The position numbers were made by a program, and so were the translations under genes. Positions 28,000 through 37,041 of a stretch of 64,000 nucleotides of DNA are shown here, piece by piece. The first letter of the stretch is position 1; every line of letters begins with the position of its first letter. Under the pieces are notes generated by a model. The model made no database searches and had not been told where the DNA came from. It saw only the letters and a program-made list of their open reading frames with translations. The stretch is from Desulfovibrio sp. (GTDB lineage: Bacteria > Bacillota > Dethiobacteria > DTU022): contig JAGUZX010000026.1 of assembly GCA_020060545.1 (NCBI GenBank), positions 16,788-80,787 of the forward strand, written 5' to 3'.

Positions 28000-29260
28000 A
28001 CATGGCTGGCTTAGCCGCTTGGCCCTGCCTGCCGGGCTGCAATCATTAATCGAGGAATCGCTGCGGCGTTCTGAAGAGCGTTGGATTGATATCGACGGCG
28101 TTGCGTTCGGCAACCAGCTGCGCGTGCTGGAGGCGCTGCAAGCGGAGAAGATCGGCGAGGAAGATTTCCAGGACAGCAGCGGTTACGGCTATCACGACCG
28201 GGGCAGGGATAAGTTGGAAAACGCTTTTGCCCGGGCCTTCGGCGGAGAAGCGGCGCTGGTCAGGACCCAGATCGTTTCGGGCACCCACGCCCTGGCGGTG
28301 GCCCTGTTCGGCCTGCTGCGGCCGGGAGAGCTGCTGCTCTGCCTGACCGGGGCACCCTACGATACGCTCCAGGCGGTGATCGGGAGCCGGGGGGAGGAGG
28401 AGGGGACCCTGAAAGAATGGGGGATCCGCTTCCACTACCATCCTGACGACGGGAAGGGATACCCCGACTTAAGCGCCCTGGAGCCCTCCCTTCTACCCAA
28501 AGTCGCTTATATCCAGCGCTCAGCGGGATATGAACTCAGGCGTTCCTCTTTGACGATCGATCGCATCCAGCAGATTACGGCGAAAATCCGCTCTCTTTAT
28601 CCCGGGGCATGGGTAGTAGTGGACAACTGCTACGGTGAGTTTGTGGAAACGGTGGAACCGCTTGCGGTGGGCGCCGATCTGGTAGTCGGTTCATTGATCA
28701 AGAACCCCGGCGGCGGCGTCGCTCCCGGCGGCGGCTATCTTGCCGGCCGGCGGGAGCTGGTGCACAAGATTTCGGCCCGCCTGACCGCGCCGGGCCTCTA
28801 CGGCAACCTGGGGGCGGTGACAGCTAAAAGGAGCCTGTTCCAGGGACTTTTTCTGGCCCCCACCCTGGTGGCGAACGCTTTGAAGAATGCCGTATTTGCA
28901 GCCGCGCTTTTCGAGCTGCTCGGGTGCGAAGTTTGGCCCCGCTATGACCAGGAACGGGGTGACATTGTACAGGCTGTCAGCCTGCGCAGCCCCGAAAAAG
29001 TGAAGCGGTTTTGCCAGGCGATCCAGAACAGCTCACCGGTGGAGTCTCACCTGACCCTGGAACCCGGCATGCTGCCCGGTTACGCTGACCCGGTAATCAT
29101 GGCTGCCGGTACCTTCTTCCAGGGGGCCTCGGGTGAGCTGAGCGCCGACGCGCCGATGCGTGAACCGTATGCCGTCTTCCTGCAGGGCGGACTGACCCTG
29201 CCTCACGCCCTCTACGCAACCTGCCGGGCCGCCCTGGCCTTATGGGAGGCCAGGCGGTGA
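27992..29260 (+). CDS. ynbB: PLP-dependent Cys/Met-metabolism enzyme family protein (YnbB / aluminium-resistance family, methionine gamma-lyase-like)
   Basis: ATG 27992 (AGAGAGG RBS) overlapping hflX stop; about 420 aa; conserved position after hflX as in B. subtilis ynbA-ynbB. Confidence 0.7.
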   Translation: MHKHGWLSRLALPAGLQSLIEESLRRSEERWIDIDGVAFGNQLRVLEALQAEKIGEEDFQDSSGYGYHDRGRDKLENAFARAFGGEAALVRTQIVSGTHALAVALFGLLRPGELLLCLTGAPYDTLQAVIGSRGEEEGTLKEWGIRFHYHPDDGKGYPDLSALEPSLLPKVAYIQRSAGYELRRSSLTIDRIQQITAKIRSLYPGAWVVVDNCYGEFVETVEPLAVGADLVVGSLIKNPGGGVAPGGGYLAGRRELVHKISARLTAPGLYGNLGAVTAKRSLFQGLFLAPTLVANALKNAVFAAALFELLGCEVWPRYDQERGDIVQAVSLRSPEKVKRFCQAIQNSSPVESHLTLEPGMLPGYADPVIMAAGTFFQGASGELSADAPMREPYAVFLQGGLTLPHALYATCRAALALWEARR

Positions 29261-29314
29261 TTAAAACAGCAGCAGCAACCGGTGCGCTTAAGCCCTGTTT
29301 GTCCGGAAGCGTCA

Positions 29315-29923
29315 CTAAAGTTTTCGAAAGATTGCGGAGACCTTGCCCAGGATTTCCGCCTCCCGGGTAAAGATGGGCTTGTACGCCGCATTCTCCGGCT
29401 GGAGCCGGAAGCCGTCCTGCTCCCGGTAAAAGCGCTTTACCGTGGCCTCTTCGCCCAGCAAAAGCGCGGCGATTTCCCCGTTTTCCACCACTTTTTGCTG
29501 CCGCACCACGACGTAATCGCCATCCAGGATCCCCGCCCCGGACATGCTGTTCCCTTCGACCCGCAAGACGAAGAAATCGCCTCCCGCGGCGAAATGGGGC
29601 GGAAGGGGGAAGTAGCCTTCCCGGTTTTCTTCCGCCAGGACCGGCCGCCCCGCGGTGATCCGGCCGACCAGGGGGACGAAAATGCATCTTTTCGCGGCGC
29701 CGCCGCGGCCATCAGTCAGGAGTTCAATCGCCCGCGGTTTGGTCAGCCCGCGCCTGATGTAACCTTTTTTCTCCAGCGCTTCCAGGTAGGCGTGGACGGT
29801 GGAGGTGGAGCGTATTTCCAGCGCCCGGCAAATCTCCCGGACCGAGGGAGGGTAGTTGCAGCGATCCACCTCTGTTTTGATAAACTCAAGGACCTGTTTC
29901 AGCCGGTTATTTAACGGCTCCAT
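29315..29923 (-). CDS. lexA: LexA repressor
   Basis: N-terminal winged HTH (…YPPSVREICRAL…), Ala-Gly cleavage site region (…VGRITAGRPVLA…), S24 peptidase Ser/Lys (…VEGNSMSGAGI…/…KRF…); ATG 29923 with AAAGGGGTGG RBS. Confidence 0.9.
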   Translation of the reverse strand: MEPLNNRLKQVLEFIKTEVDRCNYPPSVREICRALEIRSTSTVHAYLEALEKKGYIRRGLTKPRAIELLTDGRGGAAKRCIFVPLVGRITAGRPVLAEENREGYFPLPPHFAAGGDFFVLRVEGNSMSGAGILDGDYVVVRQQKVVENGEIAALLLGEEATVKRFYREQDGFRLQPENAAYKPIFTREAEILGKVSAIFRKL

Positions 29924-29979
29924 TGATGCCACCCCTTTCCGGCTTTTTTCTTACTATACCATAACATGAAGGATCAGGC

Positions 29980-29991
29980 AAACAGCTGTTC
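29980..29991 (-). promoter_or_regulatory. LexA (Cheo) box GAAC-N4-GTTT overlapping -35 of lexA promoter
   Basis: minus strand reads GGGAACAGCTGTTTGCC; promoter TTGCCT-17-TATAGT (TGgTATAGT) directly downstream toward lexA. Confidence 0.55.
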
Positions 29992-30233
29992 CCAACCGGC
30001 CGGCGAATTTTTAGCACCAAACAGCAGATAATAAATTTAATTATTTTTCTCGAGGTGATCGCGATGCGGATTCCCTGGCATAAAAAGCCGCCGGGTGAAC
30101 CGGCGATTGAACACTGCCAGCCCCTGGAAGTTGAGCCGGGCGGCGCGCCTCGGAGTGGGGAGGAGGAGGGGGGAGGAGGAGCACCGCCCGCCCGCCTCCC
30201 ATCCCCACCTTTCCTGGAAGAAGCGCTGGATGA

Positions 30234-31823
30234 TTATGCTTGACTGTCACCGTTTCCATGGCCGAGAGGGGCGGTATCGCCGCTGTTCCCGTTAAGCCTG
30301 AGCAGCTTGTTCAGCCCGTTCAAGTAGGCCTTGACGCTGGCTTCGATGATATCGGTGCTGGTGCCGCGCCCGGTAATCGATTTGGTTTCGTGGCTAATCT
30401 TCACTTTAACTTCACCCAGGGCGTCACGTCCGTGCGTAACGGCGCTTAGCTCGAAGTTTTCCAGGCTGATGTTCAGCCCGGTAATCTTATTAATCGCGTT
30501 GTATGCGGCATCGATAGGACCGGCGCCCACGGCGACCGCCTCGATAACGGCATCGTCTTTTTTGCGCAGGCGGATCACGGCGGCGGGGATGGTCTTGCTG
30601 CCGCTGACGGTTTGCAAGTAGTCGAGACGGTAAGTCGGTTCCGCCGCGGAAAGGTGGTCCAGCACAAGCGCTTCCAGATCCTCGGGGTAGACTTCTTTCT
30701 TTTTATCCGCCAGATCCAAAAACCGGGTGTAGAGAGTTTCAAGCTGTGTTTCGTCCAGGGTAAAACCGAGCTGCTGCAGGTGGTGCTTTACGGCATGGCG
30801 GCCGGAACGGGCTGTCAGGAGCATCTGGGCCGCTTTGCCCCCGATCAGGGCCGCGTCGATGATTTCGTAGGTTTCCTTGTGCTTGAGCACCCCGTCCTGG
30901 TGAATCCCGGAAGAATGGGCGAAAGCGTTGATCCCGATGACAGCCTTGTTCACCGGGATGGGGATGCCGGTCAGCTTGCTGACCAGGCGGCTGGTGCGGT
31001 AAATTTCCTCGAAATTAAGGCCGGTGAAATACGGGTAGCTGTCCCGGCGGATGCGCAGCGCCACGGCGATCTCCTCCAGGGCCGCGTTTCCGGCCCGCTC
31101 ACCGATCCCGTTAATATTGCACTCGACCTGCCGGGCGCCGTTTTCCACGGCGGCGAGCGAATTGGCCACGGCCAAACCCAAGTCGTCGTGACAGTGCACG
31201 CTTAAAATAACCCGTTCCATGCCCGGCACTTTTTCGCGCAGGCGGCGGATCAGGGCGCCGAACTCCGCCGGGACGGCGTAACCGACGGTATCGGGGATAT
31301 TGATCACCGACGCGCCGGCCTTGATTACCGCCGCCAGCAGCTCGTAGAGGTATTCCTCGCGGGCGCGGGTGGCATCCTCGGGGGAATACTCCACGTCGGG
31401 GGTGTAGCGGCGGGCGTACTTGACCGCCTCGACGGCTTGGTAGAGCAGCTCGTGGGGCTCTTTCCGGTGTTTAAACCGCATGTGGATATCCGAGGCGCCA
31501 AGAAAGACGTGCAGGCGCGGCCTTTCTGCTTCACGGATCGCCTCCCAGGCCGCGTCGATATCGCCCGGCACCGCCCGCGCCAGGCCGCAGATGACCGGCT
31601 CCCGGACCCGGCGGGCGATCTCCCGCACCGCCTGCAGCTCGCCGGGCGAGGAGACCGGAAATCCGGCTTCGATGATATCCACGCCCAAGCGGGCCAGCTG
31701 GCGGGCCACCTCAAGCTTTTCATCCCGGTTCAAGCGGGCCCCCGGCGTCTGTTCCCCGTCCCGGAGGGTGCTGTCAAAAATGAAGATCTTTTCCGGTGCG
31801 GCGGTTTGTTCCTTTTCGGCCAT
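30234..31823 (-). CDS. leuA: 2-isopropylmalate synthase (bacterial short LeuA with C-terminal LeuA dimerisation/regulatory domain)
   Basis: Start trimmed to MAEKEQTAAPEKIFIFDSTLRDGEQ (ATG 31823, AAAGGAGG RBS); HCHDDLGLA, GERAGNAALEE motifs; C-terminal LeuA_dimer-like region; preceded by Leu-specific T-box. Confidence 0.85.
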   Translation of the reverse strand: MAEKEQTAAPEKIFIFDSTLRDGEQTPGARLNRDEKLEVARQLARLGVDIIEAGFPVSSPGELQAVREIARRVREPVICGLARAVPGDIDAAWEAIREAERPRLHVFLGASDIHMRFKHRKEPHELLYQAVEAVKYARRYTPDVEYSPEDATRAREEYLYELLAAVIKAGASVINIPDTVGYAVPAEFGALIRRLREKVPGMERVILSVHCHDDLGLAVANSLAAVENGARQVECNINGIGERAGNAALEEIAVALRIRRDSYPYFTGLNFEEIYRTSRLVSKLTGIPIPVNKAVIGINAFAHSSGIHQDGVLKHKETYEIIDAALIGGKAAQMLLTARSGRHAVKHHLQQLGFTLDETQLETLYTRFLDLADKKKEVYPEDLEALVLDHLSAAEPTYRLDYLQTVSGSKTIPAAVIRLRKKDDAVIEAVAVGAGPIDAAYNAINKITGLNISLENFELSAVTHGRDALGEVKVKISHETKSITGRGTSTDIIEASVKAYLNGLNKLLRLNGNSGDTAPLGHGNGDSQA

Positions 31824-31844
31824 CAATTCTGCCTCCTTTTGTCG

Positions 31845-32140
31845 AATAACTTGGAGTGGGGGAGAGGGACCAAACAAAAAACCTTTCGCAAAGAGGCGAA
31901 AGGTTGATTCTTTCCGCGGTACCACTCTTCCTGGCGGCATGACTGCTACCGCCCACTCTTAAAAGATAACGGAAGATACCCGGCCGGTCCTACTTTCACC
32001 AACGGCGGTGATTTCAGCCGGCGGCTCCCGGATGAGTTCGCCAGGTTCGCCTTGCCGCCTTGCAGCAACCGGCGGCTCTCTGAGAAGGCTGCCCCTCGCT
32101 ACTGGTTCCGGTCATCGCTTCATTATTTGGCTGTTAGCTA
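31845..32140 (-). promoter_or_regulatory. T-box riboswitch leader, leucine (CUC) specifier, with intrinsic terminator and T-box antiterminator sequence
   Basis: minus-strand RNA contains specifier-loop GAA-CUC-A (plus ~32030-32038), conserved T-box AGAGUGGUACCGCGG (plus 31913-31928) and terminator CCUUUCGC-cucuuu-GCGAAAGG-UUUUUUGUUU (plus 31875-31904) just upstream of leuA RBS. Confidence 0.75.
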
Positions 32141-32143
32141 ATA

Positions 32144-32171
32144 ATATAATCCACGGCAAGCGCTCCTGTCA
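32144..32171 (-). promoter_or_regulatory. sigma-A promoter for T-box/leuA transcript
   Basis: minus strand TTGACA-16/17 nt-TTATAT. Confidence 0.5.
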
Positions 32172-32331
32172 ACCACCAATTTGGCGCAAATTTTTTAGAC
32201 GCCCGGCCATAGCGGGCGGTTTTATTAAAAAAAACCGCCGCCGCCCGAATATTATGTCTACTTATAACTTCCGATAATCTATCTTATGTAAACTAATAGA
32301 ATTTTTTGTTATTTTTTATGCCCCTGCCGGA

Positions 32332-32505
32332 TTAATCCTCGCCGGGCAGCCGCCAGGCCCGCAGCGGCTGGCGCGCTTCTTTCAACCGCCGCAAAACCGT
32401 ATCGTGCGAAACGGCGACGACCGCGGCGATGGCCCTTGTTGAATACCCGTTTTGATACAGCTTGATCACCTTCCCCAGATCAACCCCGATTTTTTTGCGT
32501 CCCAT
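32332..32505 (-). CDS. orphan 57-aa helix-turn-helix protein resembling the N-terminal HTH of IS630/Tc1-type transposases or resolvase HTH
   Basis: Start trimmed to MGRKKIGVDLGKVIKLYQNGYSTRAIAAVVAVSHDTVLRRLKEARQ (ATG 32505, AAAGGAGG RBS); flanked by AT-rich DNA; no catalytic domain follows. Confidence 0.45.
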   Translation of the reverse strand: MGRKKIGVDLGKVIKLYQNGYSTRAIAAVVAVSHDTVLRRLKEARQPLRAWRLPGED

Positions 32506-32659
32506 CTGCGCCCTGCCTCCTTTCAAGTCTCCCGCCGCTTTTAACGCGTCAATGACGTAAAACCGGCGCGCCGGTGCACCCTTGGCCGCTTCCCATCAGC
32601 AGCATTAAGGCGTCGTTGACGCTTGGCGCGGCGCGAGGCTGTGGTTTCACAACAGATGC

Positions 32660-32911
32660 TTACCTTTTCCGGCTGACGAAAGTGTTCTTGGCCCCTGAAA
32701 AGAGCCCGATCGCCGACAATCCCAGGACCGTGCCGAAGAGAATCGCTTTTTTGGGCTCTCCCGGCGCCAGGTAATAAAAGGAAAAAAACAGGCCCATCAA
32801 TACGGTTGCGAGCGGGATAAACCGCGGCGGCAGCCCAAAGCGCTTCAGCAGCTCCGCCAAACCCACCATCACCGGCACCAGGGCGATCCCGTATACCGTC
32901 AGTTGGTCCAT
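32660..32911 (-). CDS. small 2-TM membrane protein (83 aa), holin-like topology
   Basis: Start trimmed to MDQLTVYGIALVPVMVGLAELL… (ATG 32911, GGAGGAG RBS); two hydrophobic helices and basic C-terminus (…FVSRKR). Confidence 0.4.
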   Translation of the reverse strand: MDQLTVYGIALVPVMVGLAELLKRFGLPPRFIPLATVLMGLFFSFYYLAPGEPKKAILFGTVLGLSAIGLFSGAKNTFVSRKR

Positions 32912-33098
32912 TACGAGTCTCCTCCGCATGGTAGAGATTGTTTTATATCTAAGAGTATGTCACGAAGCAGACTGTTAGAACAAACTGTTTGCCACGTTTA
33001 CGCCAAAATACATTAAAATAACCGGAAGGCGGGATAAAACACCCGCCTCCTTTTCGCTTCAATTCGCCAATGGATTGGCGCGGATCCGTAACCCCCGG

Positions 33099-33401
33099 TC
33101 AACCGCCCGCGGCCGGGGGGAAGAGCGTTACAGTCGCGCCGTCTGCCAGAGCTGTATCCAGGCCCTGGAGGGAACCGATCGGCCTCCCGTTTAATAGCAC
33201 TGTCAGGTTAAACCATTTATCATCTTCAAGCTGGATCCGGATGCTGTTCCCGGCGGCAACCGCACCGGGAAAACCGTGGCTTTGGCGCAGGAGCAGGAAA
33301 AATTCAAAAAGGTTCGTCCCGTCCGGCAAATCCAGCAGGAGCTCCTTCCAGCCCAAAACTTTTTGCAGGTAGAGGTACGCTTTAACCGTTACTTTCAACA
33401 A
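33099..33401 (-). CDS. MoaD/ThiS-family ubiquitin-like sulfur-carrier-type protein (C-terminal Gly-Gly)
   Basis: 100 aa ending …TVTLFPPAAGG; beta-grasp-like pattern (MLKVTVKAYLYLQ…); located at 3' end of AOR gene cluster. Confidence 0.6.
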   Translation of the reverse strand: MLKVTVKAYLYLQKVLGWKELLLDLPDGTNLFEFFLLLRQSHGFPGAVAAGNSIRIQLEDDKWFNLTVLLNGRPIGSLQGLDTALADGATVTLFPPAAGG

Positions 33402-33471
33402 GATTGCCTCCGTTCTGCTCTTGCCGCCAGCCCGGGAAAACGCGTTTAAACCCGTTTCACCGCCGGTAAGC

Positions 33472-35157
33472 TTACTTGAGCAAACCTTGCTGCCGCATCT
33501 TTTGGATCTCTTCTTCCCTCAGCTCTCGTTTAAAAATCTTTTCCGTGACTGTGAATGGCAGGTTATCCCGGAACTCGACAAACCGCGGGACGGCGTAGGA
33601 GGCGCACTTATCCCGGCAGAACTCGATGATTTCGCCGGCGGAAACCTTGCCCCGGTACTCTTCCTTCAGCACGACATAAGCCTTGATCCTCTCGCTTCCC
33701 TCCCGTTCGGGATCGGGGATGCCGATAGCCACGGCCATCGATACGGCTGGGTGCTTGTGCAGGATATCGTCGATGGTGCTGGTATAGACCTTGTAGCCGG
33801 AAACGTTGGCCATATCTTTAATCCGGTCGACGATGTAGAAGTAGCCGTCTTCGTCCATGCGGCAGATATCACCGGTCGGCAGCCAACCGTCAACCAGCCC
33901 GCTGCCCGGTTCGGGCCAGTAGCCTTTCATTACCTGCGGGCCCTTGATGTACATATGGCCCGGTTCCCCGGGAGGGCATTCCGCGCCGGTTTCATCGTCC
34001 ACCAGTTTGACGTCGGTATCGGGTATGGGCAGGCCGATACTGTATTTCTGCTTGGCGGCGATGCCGGTGATCTTGGCGAAACCGGTCAGGTCGATGTGGG
34101 TGGCCGGGCCTGTTTCCGTGAGGCCGTAGCCTTCCGATACCGGCATCTTGATCTTTTCGGAGATGCTCTCCCGTACGTCCACGGGCAGGTATGAGGCCCC
34201 GGACATAATCATGACGGGCATCCGCGGGATCTCCCTGTCGCGCAGCTTCATCAGCTGGGTTGGCACCATGGCTACAAGGAAGGGGCGGTTTTCGACCAGC
34301 AGCTGCAGGATGTAGTCGATATCCCGGGGATCCGCAACCAGGATCAAGCGCAACCCCCAGTATACGCCAAAAAGGGCGCAAGAGTCCCCGTAGGAATGGA
34401 ACAGCGGCACACTGATACAGACGGAGGCCTTGCCCCGGATTGACTTCTCCAGGTTGGCCAGCGCCCAGGGTACCAGCTGCATGATATTGGTATGGCGGTT
34501 GTAATGAGTGAGCATAACCCCCTTCGGGACGCCGGTTGCGCCGCCGGTGAAAGCGAGATAGGCCAGGTCTTCCCGGGGATTAATTTCGACTTGCGGAGGG
34601 ACGGGTGCGTGCCCGGCGATCAACGCCCTGAAGCGGTGCGCCCCCCCCTCCACCGTTGCCTCAGTTTCTGCCTGGTTAGGGGTATAGTCGAGCAGGGAAG
34701 TGTAAATGACATGCTTCAGCCTTGTCTTCGGCCGGATCGAATCGATTTTTTCCTGGAAATGATCGATACAGATCACCGTTTCGGCTCCCGCCTCGCCGAT
34801 CTCGTACTCCAGTTCCCGCTCCTTGTGCAGGATGCTGCAGGGGACATGGACGGCGCCCGCTTTGAGGATGCCGAAGTTGGCGATGATGTACTGCGGGCAG
34901 GTGGGCAGGATCGACGCCACCCTGTCCCCCTTCTTCACACCCAGCCCGGCCAGGGCGCAGGCCAAACTGTCCGCGGCCAGCTTCAGGTCCCGGTAGTTGA
35001 TCCGGGCGCCGCAATAATCGATCGCCGTAGCGTACGGGTGCTGCGCGGCCGATTGGTCAAGGATATCAAAAAGCGGCACCTCGGGATAGGGTTCCAGGGT
35101 CTGGGCCAGTTTGTACGGGCCGAGCTTGTAGCTTTTCAACCAGGGTTTTTCCGCCAT
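33472..35157 (-). CDS. AMP-dependent synthetase/ligase (acyl-CoA synthetase, FadD-like)
   Basis: 561 aa; AMP-binding signature (…LAFTGGATGVPKGVMLTH…), …SGYKVYTSTIDD… hinge, C-terminal lysine region. Confidence 0.85.
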   Translation of the reverse strand: MAEKPWLKSYKLGPYKLAQTLEPYPEVPLFDILDQSAAQHPYATAIDYCGARINYRDLKLAADSLACALAGLGVKKGDRVASILPTCPQYIIANFGILKAGAVHVPCSILHKERELEYEIGEAGAETVICIDHFQEKIDSIRPKTRLKHVIYTSLLDYTPNQAETEATVEGGAHRFRALIAGHAPVPPQVEINPREDLAYLAFTGGATGVPKGVMLTHYNRHTNIMQLVPWALANLEKSIRGKASVCISVPLFHSYGDSCALFGVYWGLRLILVADPRDIDYILQLLVENRPFLVAMVPTQLMKLRDREIPRMPVMIMSGASYLPVDVRESISEKIKMPVSEGYGLTETGPATHIDLTGFAKITGIAAKQKYSIGLPIPDTDVKLVDDETGAECPPGEPGHMYIKGPQVMKGYWPEPGSGLVDGWLPTGDICRMDEDGYFYIVDRIKDMANVSGYKVYTSTIDDILHKHPAVSMAVAIGIPDPEREGSERIKAYVVLKEEYRGKVSAGEIIEFCRDKCASYAVPRFVEFRDNLPFTVTEKIFKRELREEEIQKMRQQGLLK

Positions 35158-35178
35158 GGCGTTTGCAACCTCCTCATT

Positions 35179-37041
35179 TTAACCCCAGATTACCGGGATA
35201 ACCTCTTCCAGACCCAGCTCTTTCAACTTTTCCGGGGTCGGCTTGCCCGTCTTCTTTTCCCAGCCGCGCAGCTTGTAGTAAGCTTCGAGAAGGACGGGCA
35301 GATCGTTGACGTGTCCCGCCGCGGGACCGTCGGGCAGCGGTTCCTCCAGGAGCCGCTTCGGCAGGGTGTCATCGGCGGCGGAAAGCCCTTCCCTGACGCT
35401 GTAAGCGCGGGCCAGGTTGTAGACCCGCTCCCCGGCGCGCATATATTCCGCGACACTTAAATCCCAGCCGGTTACACGGTTTACCAGCTCGACCCAATCG
35501 GGGGCGTTGACGCACAGCCCCATAAATTTGCAGGCCCCGACGCAGTCGAAAGTGGTCAGCGCGTCTTCGAGATCCCGGGCCACCTTCACTTCGTCCGGGT
35601 TAATGACGAGGGGATCCGCGATCTCGCTGTCCTCCACAATCAAGAACGGGGCATCGATAAAGGTGGGGCCCTGCACGTAGGCGGTAACATGATCCCCGCC
35701 CCGGTTGGCGGTAGCGTAAGTCAGGCCGGTCAGCTTCACGGCGCGGCTGTCGTATGCGGGCAGCTCCAACCCCTTGACGTGCATGGCGAACCGCTCACTG
35801 CCTTGGCCCAGCTTCTCCGCCATGCGTCTCGTCCCTTCCGCAAGCAGGTCGCCCACTCCTTCTCTTTTGGCGATCAGGTGCGCCAACTCGACAATTAAGT
35901 CCGCGTCGCCGAAATGCAGCGCCCTCCCTCCGGTATCGCCCGCGGTAAGGATCCCTTTTTCAAAACATTCCATGGCGAAAGCGATGGTGCTCCCGGCGGA
36001 AATCGTATCCAGGCCGTATTCGTTGCAGAGGTACCCGGCCATGGTAATCGCTTCCAGGTCGCTGACCCCGCACATCCCGCCAAAAGTGCCCACTGTTTCG
36101 TATTCCGGTCCTTCCCCCTTGTGACCGGCGTACTTGCCCTGCTTGATCTCCGTCCCTCTGCCGCAGGCGATCGGGCAGGCGAAACAGGTGACCTCCTTGT
36201 TTAAAACTTTATCCGAGATGGCGGGGCCGTTGATCTCCTCGGAAAGTTCAAAAACCCCGCTCTGCCAGTTGCGCGTGGGAAAACCGCCGCGGATATTGAC
36301 CAGGTCCAGCACCACGCTGGTCCCGTAAGCCTGCATCGCCATCTTCAGCATCGCCTCGTCCAGCAGTTCGTACTGTTTCTTGGAGATCTGCCGGAACCCT
36401 TCCGGGTCGGCCACGGCGGTTTTCAGCCCGCCGTGGACGGCGATCGCTTTCAAGTTCTTGGCGCCCATCACCGCTCCCAAGCCGCATCGCCCGGCGGCGC
36501 GATGCAGATCATTCATAATCGCGGCATATTTGACCTTGTTTTCACCGCCGGCGCCGATGCAGGCGACGTTAAACCTGTCGCCGAGCTCTTTCCTGATCTG
36601 GGCGGTTGTTTCGGAGACGCTTTTCCCCCAAAGGTGAGCGGCGTCTTTCAACTCAGCTTGTTCGCCATCGATTACCAGGTAAACGGGTTTTGGAGCGCTC
36701 CCTTCAAAGATGATCCCGTCGTAACCGGTTTGCTTGAAGTCTACACCCCAGCGGCCGCCCGCATTGGCCTGCCCCCAGATCCCGGTGAGCGGGGACTTGG
36801 CCACCACACTGTAGCGTCCGGCGCTTGGCGCGGCGGCCCCGGTGATGCTTCCCGTCATGAAGATCAGGCGGTTTTCCGGTCCCAGGGGATCCGCCCCCTG
36901 CGGCACCTCGTCCCAGAGGTACTTTGTGGCTAGTCCAGCCCCGCCCAGGAAAGCTTTAACCATGTCCTCAGGAATAGATTCTTCAGCAATTTTGGCTGCG
37001 GTGAGGTTTACCCTTAAAAGTTTACCGTGGCACCCAAACAA
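35179..37041 (-). CDS. aor: tungsten-containing aldehyde:ferredoxin oxidoreductase (AOR family)
   Basis: N-terminus MFGCHGKLLRVNLT (TTG start with GGGGTGA RBS; ORF track extends to 37050 GTG); AOR_N and AOR C-terminal domain motifs including Fe-S/pterin-binding Cys residues. Confidence 0.85.
   Translation of the reverse strand: MFGCHGKLLRVNLTAAKIAEESIPEDMVKAFLGGAGLATKYLWDEVPQGADPLGPENRLIFMTGSITGAAAPSAGRYSVVAKSPLTGIWGQANAGGRWGVDFKQTGYDGIIFEGSAPKPVYLVIDGEQAELKDAAHLWGKSVSETTAQIRKELGDRFNVACIGAGGENKVKYAAIMNDLHRAAGRCGLGAVMGAKNLKAIAVHGGLKTAVADPEGFRQISKKQYELLDEAMLKMAMQAYGTSVVLDLVNIRGGFPTRNWQSGVFELSEEINGPAISDKVLNKEVTCFACPIACGRGTEIKQGKYAGHKGEGPEYETVGTFGGMCGVSDLEAITMAGYLCNEYGLDTISAGSTIAFAMECFEKGILTAGDTGGRALHFGDADLIVELAHLIAKREGVGDLLAEGTRRMAEKLGQGSERFAMHVKGLELPAYDSRAVKLTGLTYATANRGGDHVTAYVQGPTFIDAPFLIVEDSEIADPLVINPDEVKVARDLEDALTTFDCVGACKFMGLCVNAPDWVELVNRVTGWDLSVAEYMRAGERVYNLARAYSVREGLSAADDTLPKRLLEEPLPDGPAAGHVNDLPVLLEAYYKLRGWEKKTGKPTPEKLKELGLEEVIPVIWG

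Noticed and set aside
27319-28113. 264-aa minus-strand ORF across hflX/ynbB
   Set aside because: Antisense artifact; real genes on + strand are strongly supported.
30055-30243. 62-aa ORF encoding Gly/Glu-rich peptide
   Set aside because: Translation of the GGA/GGG purine tract; no start context; treated as sequence feature (see finding) not a gene.
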